Shown: positions 20,113-28,852 of the stretch, one piece after another
How the letters are laid out: each line of letters opens with the position of its first letter
Numbering within the stretch: position 1 is the first letter of the stretch
Assembly: GCA_963784375.1 (NCBI GenBank)
Contig: CAWAQY010000001.1
Span: forward strand, 140,486 to 204,485
Length of the DNA: 64,000 bases
Direction: 5' to 3'
From: an uncultured Chloroflexia bacterium
GTDB lineage: Bacteria; Chloroflexota; Dehalococcoidia; GIF9; UBA5629
The notes under the pieces: model-generated
Seen by the model: the letters and a program-made list of their open reading frames with translations, nothing else
What the model was told of the DNA's origin: nothing
Database searches by the model: none
Made by a program: the position numbers and the translations under genes

Positions 20113-21117
20113 ATGATAATAGCTGTTGATGCAGACGGCGGGGACTATGCTCCCCGGGAATTGGTCAGAGGAGCAGTTGAAGCTTCCGACGAATATGGCG
20201 TTGGTATTATCCTGATAGGGAAAAAAACTATTCTTGATATGCTGGGTAGACGTTACGGCAGAAAGAAAAGAAATATTACTATCATCGAAGCTACCCAGGG
20301 AATTGAATGCTCTGAATCACCCGTCCAGGCTGTGCGAAGTAAACCGGATTCCTCCATCGTTATCGGGACTAAATTGGTCAAAGATGGCAAGGCTGCCGCT
20401 TTCGTCTCGGCAGGCAGTACGGGAGCCGTTCTCGCCGCAGCGTTTTTGTTTCTGGAAAGAATTAAAGGGGTTCAGCGGCCAGCTCTTTGCGGGATAATTC
20501 AAATTAATCCGCAAAGTCCCGTTCTTCTCATAGATGTCGGAGCCAATGTCGATTGCCGCCCGAACCATCTCGTTCAGTTCGGTCAATTGGGAGCGACTTT
20601 TGCAAAACAATTCCTCTACATAGACTCACCAAGAATCGGACTACTCAATAACGGTTCAGAGGAAATTAAGGGCAACCTTTTGGCAAAAGAAAGCTACCAG
20701 TATTTGCTCAAATCAAATCTCAATTTCATTGGAAATGTCGAAGGCCAGGATATATTACAGAACAAAGCAGATGTTATTGTCACTGATGGTTTTACCGGTA
20801 ATATTGTACTTAAAGCACTTGAAGGATTCGGGGACACTTTCATGAGTGCACTTGGAATCGGTCGTTCTCTAAAAGTAGATCGTCAGCTTCAAGGTTCCGC
20901 CCTGGTTCACTACGTGGAATTAGCGTCAATGGTAAAACGTACAGATTATAAGGAATACGGTGGAGCCTGCCTGCTTGGAGTAAATGGTAATATCATCGTC
21001 GCCCACGGCCGCAGCCAATCGAGAGCCATAAAAAACGCAATACATCTCGCCCATCACGCCAGTGAAACAGGCGTACTGGATGCAATCAAAAATAGTAGCT
21101 ATATAGAAAGACAATAA
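20113..21117 (+). CDS. plsX: Phosphate acyltransferase
   Basis: IAVDA.GGD.AP, SAGSTGA, DVGAN.DC, VTDGFTGN..LK, GG..LLGV.G..I..HG.S. 334 aa. Confidence 0.9.
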   Translation: MIIAVDADGGDYAPRELVRGAVEASDEYGVGIILIGKKTILDMLGRRYGRKKRNITIIEATQGIECSESPVQAVRSKPDSSIVIGTKLVKDGKAAAFVSAGSTGAVLAAAFLFLERIKGVQRPALCGIIQINPQSPVLLIDVGANVDCRPNHLVQFGQLGATFAKQFLYIDSPRIGLLNNGSEEIKGNLLAKESYQYLLKSNLNFIGNVEGQDILQNKADVIVTDGFTGNIVLKALEGFGDTFMSALGIGRSLKVDRQLQGSALVHYVELASMVKRTDYKEYGGACLLGVNGNIIVAHGRSQSRAIKNAIHLAHHASETGVLDAIKNSSYIERQ

Positions 21118-21139
21118 CCAGTACACCGGTAAACAGTTT
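21041..21139 (+). repeat. Left copy of the 99-bp direct repeat (last 77 nt of plsX plus 22 nt downstream)
   Basis: 98 of 99 positions identical to 28541-28639; the only mismatch is at 21129. Weaker similarity continues for about 25 bp. Confidence 0.95.
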
Positions 21140-21362
21140 ATTTTGTGACACTTTTTCCCGTCTTACAGTTTGCTGCAGTCAAGATAATTAATCCTTATTT
21201 CAAATTTGCAAACGGTAAGCGCACCAAAACCAGGTAAAAGACGACCAGGACTCAATCGCCTTTCGACATCAGAGATATTTGCACACCTTTTAAATTAATT
21301 AATGTGAATAATGGATGTGAATAATTTGCTGTTGGATAAGTAGGCTTGTGGAATTATTGAAT

Positions 21363-21986
21363 TCAGAATCTATTCTTTTCAGCAATAGATTCACGAAAAA
21401 CGTTCCAAAGCCTTGAATATTTCTCTTCCAGATTAAAATCGTAGTTGCTCAACGACCAGATATTTACCAGCCCCTGGATCATTCCGAACAGAATTAGTGC
21501 GGCTGCTTCAATATCTACATCCTCTTTGACCTCTCCGGTCTTTATCCCTTCGGATAATAGATGTTTTAAGCCGATGACATAGTTATTTATGACCACAGAA
21601 ACCTTTTTGTTTAGCTTTTTTTCCCCAAAACTGATAATTTCAGCTATAACCTGAAAAGATATACCTTTTTTTTGCTGTATGCGTGACAAATGATTCTTTA
21701 AGACAGTATCTAGAAATTCCAGCGAAGTGGAGTTTGTATAAATATGCTTATTGATATCCCCCAGAAGGTCATCTGCAATACGGTCAGCCAATCCAGACAA
21801 AACGTCGCTTTTACTTTTAAAATGCCGATAAATAGCACCCTCAGATATACCAACTTCTTTGGCAATTTTCCCAACGGTTACGTGTTCGCTACCGTATTTA
21901 ACTACCAGCTTCCGAGAAGCATCTATTATCTGGTCTTTCCTGATTGCTGAACTCAAGTGTATTCTACCATCTCCACATCTAAACAC
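21363..21986 (-). CDS. TetR/AcrR family transcriptional regulator
   Basis: N-terminal HTH: VTVGKIAKEVGISEGAIYRHFKSK. About 200 aa, all-helical. Confidence 0.8.
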   Translation of the reverse strand: MFRCGDGRIHLSSAIRKDQIIDASRKLVVKYGSEHVTVGKIAKEVGISEGAIYRHFKSKSDVLSGLADRIADDLLGDINKHIYTNSTSLEFLDTVLKNHLSRIQQKKGISFQVIAEIISFGEKKLNKKVSVVINNYVIGLKHLLSEGIKTGEVKEDVDIEAAALILFGMIQGLVNIWSLSNYDFNLEEKYSRLWNVFRESIAEKNRF

Positions 21987-22014
21987 TTTTTATCCTTGAA
22001 TTACGACTTAAAAG

Positions 22015-22132
22015 CCTCTTGACAAATTTTCATTTTATGTTATTATTTATGTAAGTGAATAATTACTTATTAGTATGTTAATGTTTACTTATTATATATA
22101 TTTTTACTAGTTATTTGTCAAGTAGCAAGAGG
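22015..22132. promoter_or_regulatory. Intergenic control region: inverted repeat cctcttgacaaat ... atttgtcaag(tagca)agagg carrying two facing promoters
   Basis: Plus strand: TTGACA 22019-22024, N16, TATTAT 22041-22046. Minus strand: TTGACA 22121-22116, N17, TATATA 22098-22093. The two -35 boxes lie in the two arms of the inverted repeat. Confidence 0.4.
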
Positions 22133-22137
22133 TTTCA

Positions 22138-22420
22138 ATGATGGGATTATTTAAAAAGAAAATAATAAAGGAAATCCCTGGGGGAGCCTGGGGACATTTA
22201 ATATATGCACACAAAATGGACGTTGATATCCTCGCTAGAGATATACGCTGTGTCGAACGTGAAGGACTCCTTGAAGGTAAATGGAAGGTACGTTTTCTCC
22301 GAGTTTTCAGCTTATCAGAAACAAAGGAGAAGGGGATAGCAATTGAGCGGATGGGAGACTTTTGACCAGCATCCCGAGTTAATACTCTTCGAAGGCTATT
22401 GGCAGGAATATTACAAATGA
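22138..22420 (+). CDS. Hypothetical protein (about 93 aa), frame break near 22340
   Basis: The 75-aa ORF continues in another frame as GWETFDQHPELILFEGYWQEYYK*. Confidence 0.45.
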
Positions 22421-22486
22421 GGCAAATCTTCAACGGAAAAGAACAATTGAATAATTTGTTTTAGATTGAAAGGAGAACAGGAAAAA

Positions 22487-22670
22487 ATGTCACAACAAAA
22501 TACACCAGAACAAAAGAAGCCTGAAATAAAGGTTGGAGAAGAAATAAAAAAGTCAAAAGGGTTCTGGGGAAAATTTATGACATTTCTTGATGATGGGTGG
22601 GTTCATTGTGGTTCTTATTGTCGCTGTTGGGTTGATGATTGCCATTTCGTTGATATTTAAGTGCAAATGA
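22487..22670 (+). CDS. Small membrane protein, frame break near 22590
   Basis: ATG 22487 after aaggaga. The C-terminal hydrophobic helix MMGGFIVVLIVAVGLMIAISLIFKCK* is read in a shifted frame. Confidence 0.4.
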
Positions 22671-22942
22671 AGATGTTCATTATTGTTCCGGATAAACCAC
22701 TCATTGCTGAGATTGGATACATATGATTATTTACTAAAACCTGGATAAGTATGAGCGATAAAGATAAGTCATTGATTTTATTGAGTATTTTTCTGCATTA
22801 ATATGACACGAGAATCCTTGAGGGCATCTACGATTTCAAAATCGTTCGTTTCAAACAATTTCCCGTATTGAAATGACTGCTGATATCTACACCAGATAGC
22901 CCGTTTAATTGGAACACAAACCCCGGGGTTTACTAAAACATC

Positions 22943-22965
22943 CTACAATATATTAATATATGTAG
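22943..22965. promoter_or_regulatory. AT-rich palindrome abutting the otsA RBS (candidate TetR operator or mRNA hairpin)
   Basis: ctac-a-ATATATTAATATAT-gtag. The 14-bp core is a perfect palindrome. GAGGAG follows immediately and the GTG start is at 22980. Confidence 0.4.
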
Positions 22966-22979
22966 AGGAGAATAATTTC

Positions 22980-24455
22980 GTGGCCTGGACAAAAGATGAT
23001 TTACAGCAATTAGTAAAATCCAAGTTAGAGGATTACCTTTTTGTTGTAGTTTCAAATCGAGAACCTTACATCCATATTTCTACCAATGAGGGTATAAAAT
23101 GCCTGATTCCAGCCAGCGGATTAACGGTCGCTCTTGATCCCATAATGCGCACCAGCCATGGTACCTGGATAGCACATGGCAGCGGAGACGCCGACAAACA
23201 GGTGGTTGATATCCACAATAGAGTGATGGTACCACCTGAGGACCCGAGTTATACTTTACGCCGGGTGTGGCTTACAAACGAAGAAGAACAAGGTTACTAT
23301 TATGGTTTTTCCAACGAAGCTCTCTGGCCGCTATGCCACATCGTATACACAAGACCTCTTTTTGATGAAGGAAATTGGAACACTTACAAACATGTAAATC
23401 AACTTTTTGCGGATGCTATTTTAGATGAAATTGATGGCCGCAAGGCATTTGTTTTTATTCAGGACTATCATCTGTCCTTATTATCTCAGTTGATAAAAAA
23501 GGAAAATCCGAATGTAATCACAGCTCAATTCTGGCATATTCCCTGGCCAAATCGAGAAGCTTTCCGCATCTGCCCATGGCATGAAGAAATCCTCCACGGT
23601 CTATTGGGCAATGATCTCCTTGGTTTTCATCTCCGTTATCACTGTAACAATTTTCTGGATACTGTAGACCGGCTAATTGAAGCAAAAGTTGACTGGGAAA
23701 GATATGAGGTAACCTGCGGCGGAAAGAAGACAGCAGTGCGTCCATTCCCGATAAGCGCTGATTTTGAAAAAATCTCCGAGGCAGCAATACAAAAGGAAGT
23801 AACTGCGGAAATTGATGTTATACGCAATCAATGGAAAATTAAAAACGAAATAATTGGAATTGGAACAGACAGGATAGATTATACTAAAGGCATTCCTGAC
23901 AGGCTCAAAGCTCTGGACAAGTTGTTCCTAAACTACCCTGAATATAAGAATAACCTGGTCTTTTTCCAGCTATCAGCTCCTAGCCGCACAGACATCCAGA
24001 GGTATCGAGAGCTAAATGCTGAGATTGACAGCCTGGTTGAAGATATAAACGAAAGACACAAATCAGGAGATTGGATACCTATTATTCACATTAAAGGGCA
24101 TCAATCTCATCACCAACTTTTAGCATTCAACCGACTGGCTAACTTTTGCATCGTAAGTTCCCTGCACGATGGTATGAATTTAGTTGCCAAGGAATTCGTT
24201 TCCAGCAGAACCGACAATGATGGTGTCCTGATACTGAGCCGTTTCACCGGTGCCGCAAGGGAATTAGAAGAAGCTCTACTGATTAATCCTTATGATCTTG
24301 GCGATATTACCGAAGCGATAAGGAGCGCTATTGAGATGCCGAAAGAAATGCGGAAAAAACGAATGAAGAAAATGCGGAAAAAAGTGGAGGAAAACAACAT
24401 ATACAAATGGGCAGGTGATATTATCTCAGAACTAACCAGCCTCGGTTCTGCATAA
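22980..24455 (+). CDS. otsA: Trehalose-6-phosphate synthase (GT20)
   Basis: VVSNREPY, GGL..AL, FWHIPWP, LL..DL.GF, GVDR.DY.KGI, LHDGMNLVAKEF. 491 aa. Confidence 0.85.
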   Translation: MAWTKDDLQQLVKSKLEDYLFVVVSNREPYIHISTNEGIKCLIPASGLTVALDPIMRTSHGTWIAHGSGDADKQVVDIHNRVMVPPEDPSYTLRRVWLTNEEEQGYYYGFSNEALWPLCHIVYTRPLFDEGNWNTYKHVNQLFADAILDEIDGRKAFVFIQDYHLSLLSQLIKKENPNVITAQFWHIPWPNREAFRICPWHEEILHGLLGNDLLGFHLRYHCNNFLDTVDRLIEAKVDWERYEVTCGGKKTAVRPFPISADFEKISEAAIQKEVTAEIDVIRNQWKIKNEIIGIGTDRIDYTKGIPDRLKALDKLFLNYPEYKNNLVFFQLSAPSRTDIQRYRELNAEIDSLVEDINERHKSGDWIPIIHIKGHQSHHQLLAFNRLANFCIVSSLHDGMNLVAKEFVSSRTDNDGVLILSRFTGAARELEEALLINPYDLGDITEAIRSAIEMPKEMRKKRMKKMRKKVEENNIYKWAGDIISELTSLGSA

Positions 24456-24468
24456 ACAGGCATTTTTT

Positions 24469-25270
24469 ATGCAATATCTTTTAGATGCTTGGGAATATAT
24501 TAGTAATAGAATAAAAAATGCCCGGCAAACGCTCATCGTCTTTGATTTTGATGGAACCTTAACTCCCATAATGGACACACCTGAAATGGTGAAACTAAGT
24601 GAAGATATGAAGGAGCTCCTGAGAAATCTAGCAAAACACCGTGGTTTTACAGTTGCTATTGTGAGCGGTAGAGCAATCAATGATATTCGGAACAAAGTAG
24701 CAATTTCGGAAGTGATCTATGCTGGTAATCATGGACTCGAGATTGTTGGGCCTAATATGAGTTTTGTTCACCCTATCGCTGAAGAAATCAGGCCAATATT
24801 GCGAATTTTAGGGATTATTTTAAAAAAAACACTCGGTGCATTCAAAGGGACTGCGGTCGAAGATAAAGGTGTTACTCTAACCGTTCACTATCGCCTCGCC
24901 AGATGAAGATCAATTGGACTATATAAAAAGTACGGTAAATAATACAGTTGGACCCGCTAAAGTGCTCGGCAAAGTGAGGACTAGTACGGGCAAGAAAGTG
25001 ATTGAAGTCAGGCCCGCGGTTCCATGGGATAAAGGGAAAGCGGTAAAATTCATTATGAAACGCAAGGCCAGAGGAGGCAGAGAGAGCGGACTTCTTCCTA
25101 TTTATATTGGTGATGATTTGAGCGACGAAGATGCTTTTGAAGTTATTGAACGCTATGGTGGTATTGCTGTGTATGTTGGCCAAGAATACACCCATTCAAT
25201 AGCAAACTATTTTCTAAGATCAACTTCAGAAGTAGAAGATTTCATTAGAAAATTACTGTCATTAAATTAA
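24469..25270 (+). CDS. otsB: Trehalose-6-phosphate phosphatase (HAD), frame break near 24899
   Basis: FDFDGTL (DxDxT), AIVSGR, EVRP..WDKG.A, GDD.SDEDAF. The two ORFs join as ...HYRLA-DEDQLDYIK.... Confidence 0.8.
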
Positions 25271-25279
25271 GGAATTAAC

Positions 25280-26653
25280 ATGGTTGAATGGTTGAACGAA
25301 AATTGGACAATTTTAACTGTACCCATTGTTGTATTTCTAGCTTTCTGCATTATTGCTATATGGGCCAGGAAACTCTTGTACGATTACTTAAACATTTGGT
25401 CTGTTAAAACCAAGTGGGAAGGCCGCTACGTAATTCTGGAAACGCTGAGAACTCCATTCTTTCAATGGTGTTTGCTTCTGGGTGCTTATATTGCAATGCT
25501 GCTTTCTACCCTGTCACAAGAAGGCAAAGACCTTGCAAGCACAGTTCTGGCTTCGCTCTTCATCGTTTCTTTAGGATGGTGCATCCTTTCAATTGCGGAA
25601 AAGCTCATTCGAATTTATGTTAATCGTTTGAAAATTCCGCCATTGTCAATCAGATTAATAATCGGCATAGTGCGGGTTATTATCCTGTCAGTGAGCCTAC
25701 TCATGATTATTGATGTTTGGGGAGCTCCAGTGACCTCATTGCTGCTGCTAATTGCCGCCTTAATATTGATAGCAGTGGTTGCCTCGCGCGATACTTTACT
25801 TAATATTTTCGCAGGACTGCAGCTAGCTACAGGTGATGCGATTAAGACTGGTGATTACATCAAGTTAGAATCTGGAGATGAGGGTTATGTAATGCAAATA
25901 GCATGGAGAAGCACGAGAATCAAAACTCTCGATGACAAACTTATATTATTACCTAACAGCAAATTAATCCAGAATACAGTTGTCAATTATGGGCATCCGC
26001 TTAAGAAAGCAACTCAACCATTCAAATTTTATACCAGGTTCCACTTGAAGGAATTGACCGGCCTTAAAGCCAACAGCCTCTCGCAACTTAAAACCATATT
26101 AGAAAAAGCTCCTGACGCTGCGATCTATTATCATACTCACCATTTTTTAGAAGAATTCAAATATTTGGAACCTGAACCTGCTAATGATTTTGCTTTGTGG
26201 GTGGATGATGCCCTCGGAGATGCAGTCCTGTCAGAAAAGTTGGCAAGTATCGATACCTTTCAGTTTTCAACCATAAATTCTCTTAAACGGAGGATAACCG
26301 AAGTAATCGGGGAATATCTGTCCACCAAACCGGATGAACATATTGCACCTCAGGGTAATGAATTCCACTTTATTAAATCAATAAGTATCGTCCTGCCCAC
26401 GCCTTATGTGGCTCACGATTTAAGAGAATTTGTCGAAGTATTAAGGAAGGTAACTATATATTCCATCTATTTCCATGTCTTCGAAGCTCGCCTTAGATTG
26501 CATACAGGTAATAACGATTTTTCTGCATGGTTTCGAGATAGTTTAGGAGAGAATGATCTGGCTGACAAGATTTCAGAACTTGACCCATATGCCCGATCGT
26601 TGGAATCGTTGAGATCCATGATTATTCAGCAGATCGAGAAACGTATTAAATAA
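25280..26653 (+). CDS. MscS-type mechanosensitive channel fused to a tandem pair of ~105-aa domains of unknown function
   Basis: MscS TM3/beta-domain pattern (NIFAGLQLATGDAIKTGDYIKL..G.EGYV..I..RSTRIKT.D...I.LPNSKL). Residues from about 245 to 457 form two mutually similar units (F.F...L.E....L......IY.H....NDF..W..D.LG...L...I...D....SL..LR..I). Confidence 0.7.
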   Translation: MVEWLNENWTILTVPIVVFLAFCIIAIWARKLLYDYLNIWSVKTKWEGRYVILETLRTPFFQWCLLLGAYIAMLLSTLSQEGKDLASTVLASLFIVSLGWCILSIAEKLIRIYVNRLKIPPLSIRLIIGIVRVIILSVSLLMIIDVWGAPVTSLLLLIAALILIAVVASRDTLLNIFAGLQLATGDAIKTGDYIKLESGDEGYVMQIAWRSTRIKTLDDKLILLPNSKLIQNTVVNYGHPLKKATQPFKFYTRFHLKELTGLKANSLSQLKTILEKAPDAAIYYHTHHFLEEFKYLEPEPANDFALWVDDALGDAVLSEKLASIDTFQFSTINSLKRRITEVIGEYLSTKPDEHIAPQGNEFHFIKSISIVLPTPYVAHDLREFVEVLRKVTIYSIYFHVFEARLRLHTGNNDFSAWFRDSLGENDLADKISELDPYARSLESLRSMIIQQIEKRIK

Positions 26654-26665
26654 AGGAATTGAATC

Positions 26666-27907
26666 ATGACAACAATGACAAACCTCCCAGCTAAAATACA
26701 GGATTATCAACCCATTGTGGGCAAAAATACCATTGACGAATTACGTATGCTTGCAGATAAGCTCAGAGGGAAGGTCATTAACAATATAAATTCAACATTT
26801 TCCGGTGGAGGTGTTGCTGAGATTTTAACCCGCATGGTTCCGCTTCTAACTCAACTGGGAGTCGACGCACGCTGGAACATTATCCAGGGAAATGCTACAT
26901 TTTTTGAAATTACCAAGAAATTCCACAATGCTTTTCATGACAGAACTGAGAATATAACAAAGGAAGACTTTTCGATTTTTCTGGAAGTTACCCAGAAGAA
27001 CATCGAAGAACTTAAATTGCACGGAGACGTATTTTTTATTCATGATCCACAACCGGTGGCTTTAATAAGTAATAAGGAAAAGCTAGGCGGCAAATGGATT
27101 TGGAGATGCCATATAGATATTTCCAAACCACAACAAAATGTGTGGGAATTCTTCCGTAATTATGTAATTAAATATGATGCTGCGGTATTTTCAGCCCCCA
27201 GTTTTGCTCAGCAATTGCCCATCCGGCAATTTATGATATCGCCTTCTATTGATCCGTTGAGTGATAAAAACAAGGACCTGTCTCAGGAAGCAATAGATGC
27301 AGTGCTTGATAACTATGGACTGGACGCAGCGAAACCAATGATCGTGCAAATATCTCGGTTCGACTATTTGAAAGATCCGATTGGAGTAATCGAAGCTTTC
27401 GAAACTGTCAAGAAAACTATAGATTGCCAACTAGTCCTGGCGGGAGGCACTGCCGACGATGACCCGGAATCAGCTAAAGTATTATCAGAAGTTAAAAACC
27501 GGGCTGCTGATAATCCAGACATACACATTTTGCTGATTCCTCCCGATAGCAACATCGAGATTAATGCCCTGCAAAGAGCAGCCACCGTTATCATACAAAA
27601 ATCACTTAAAGAGGGTTTCGGATTAACAATTAGTGAAGCGTTGTGGAAGGGTAAACCTGTAATAGCCAGTGCGGTAGGCGGTATACCTCTTCAAATTAAA
27701 AATCGACTTACAGGTCTACTGTGTTATAGTACTGAGGGTGCAGCTTACGGGTTGAAGCAACTACTAAGCAATCCTGAATATGCTAATAGGCTGGGGAAAA
27801 ATGGACACGAACATGTAAAACAGAATTTCCTGATAACACGACATCTTAAAGAATATATGCTTTTATTTTTAGTACTGGATAATGCATCCGATGTTATTTG
27901 TTTGTAA
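26666..27907 (+). CDS. treT: GT4 glycosyltransferase, trehalose glycosyltransferring synthase (TreT)-like
   Basis: NST..GGGVAEIL...VPL...LGVDARW.II.G...FF..TKK.HN resembles remembered archaeal TreT. C-terminal GT-B E-x7-E region (EGFGLTISEALWKGKPVI). Confidence 0.65.
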   Translation: MTTMTNLPAKIQDYQPIVGKNTIDELRMLADKLRGKVINNINSTFSGGGVAEILTRMVPLLTQLGVDARWNIIQGNATFFEITKKFHNAFHDRTENITKEDFSIFLEVTQKNIEELKLHGDVFFIHDPQPVALISNKEKLGGKWIWRCHIDISKPQQNVWEFFRNYVIKYDAAVFSAPSFAQQLPIRQFMISPSIDPLSDKNKDLSQEAIDAVLDNYGLDAAKPMIVQISRFDYLKDPIGVIEAFETVKKTIDCQLVLAGGTADDDPESAKVLSEVKNRAADNPDIHILLIPPDSNIEINALQRAATVIIQKSLKEGFGLTISEALWKGKPVIASAVGGIPLQIKNRLTGLLCYSTEGAAYGLKQLLSNPEYANRLGKNGHEHVKQNFLITRHLKEYMLLFLVLDNASDVICL

Positions 27908-27985
27908 GTAAATAGAAAATTGGCTTGATACATGTATTGGATAGTTGCGAGACAATGATTAATAATTGGATAGGAGGTAAATACT

Positions 27986-28201
27986 ATGGCAAGTATTGTC
28001 CGTTGGTATGATAAAAAGATAGAAAAGTTAAGACAGTTACCAAAATGTCACCTCCTCCTATTAATAGCGGTCAAGTTTCTCGCTGGGGTGGCATTAGGTT
28101 TGCTGCTGGCAACGTGGTTGCCAATATGGATATGGTGGATATTTCTTGCTATAGCTCTGATAATAGCTATTCCACTTTATAAGACGATTTTCAGCAAGTA
28201 A
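27986..28201 (+). CDS. Small two-TM membrane protein
   Basis: taggaggt RBS 7 nt upstream of the ATG; two hydrophobic helices. Confidence 0.5.
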   Translation: MASIVRWYDKKIEKLRQLPKCHLLLLIAVKFLAGVALGLLLATWLPIWIWWIFLAIALIIAIPLYKTIFSK

Positions 28202-28540
28202 AGTGGCGTTAGTCATAGCGGCTCGAAAAACGTATATTTATTCATGGGGCTAGCGGCGTTCTCTCCTCATCTCTTTGGGTCTACATTTTCCCAACCCACA
28301 TGTTTTTAACATCTAGTGAACAAATAGCTTATTTAAGAGTCGATCCACCAGATTAGCCACAACACATCTCTTAAGCACATCGTCAGTCTCAATGCCTTTA
28401 TATATCTCCTAGTCATCTTCAAGGTTGTATGTTCTAACCTATTGTAACTAAAGCCTCACTAGGTGGAACTAGAGCACTGTACGTTAGTCTCTTTGCGATT
28501 TGAAGAGCCAACTGTGTAAACAAAACGACACACAAATTGC

Positions 28541-28639
28541 TACATCTCGCCCATCACGCCAGTGAAACAGGCGTACTGGATGCAATCAAAAATAGTAGCT
28601 ATATAGAAAGACAATAACCAGTACACCGATAAACAGTTT
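28541..28639 (+). repeat. Right copy of the 99-bp direct repeat (orphan plsX 3' fragment)
   Basis: Same sequence exactly 7500 bp downstream. The frame upstream of it hits a stop at 28501-28503 and shows no plsX similarity. Confidence 0.95.
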
Positions 28640-28672
28640 TTTTGTATTTTTTTTTCCCTCTGATAATCAGGC

Positions 28673-28701
28673 TTGCATGTCAGTATCTCTAGGTATATAA
28701 T
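28673..28701 (+). promoter_or_regulatory. Sigma70-like promoter upstream of the permease gene
   Basis: TTGCAT 28673-28678, 17-nt spacer, TATAAT 28696-28701. Confidence 0.5.
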
Positions 28702-28852
28702 GCCCATGTTTTTTGACTTTGTCCTGATGACCGAATTTTTCCACTTAAATATGAAGGCTCGTAGATATACTGATAATGCCCATTTCAAAACACTATAATA
28801 ATAATATTCCGGTCTCTTTTTCGAAGAGGCTGAGGAAAGGTGAAGGTGATCA

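Larger units (their letters stand above)
21041..28639. mobile_element. Putative integrated genomic island (trehalose/osmoadaptation cargo) bounded by the plsX 3'-end repeat; no recombinase seen
   Basis: attL/attR-like direct repeats with a functionally coherent cargo. No integrase or transposase ORF is present, so mobility is inference only. Confidence 0.4.

Noticed and set aside
28202-28540. Degraded integrase gene at the island edge
   Set aside because: Six-frame reading gave only short peptides with no recombinase motifs (no R..H..R..Y context). The segment is also far too short for an integrase.
21041-28541. Giving biological meaning to the exactly 7500-bp spacing of the repeat copies
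   Set aside because: A round number has no known biological meaning. I note it only as a reason to verify the assembly with spanning reads.
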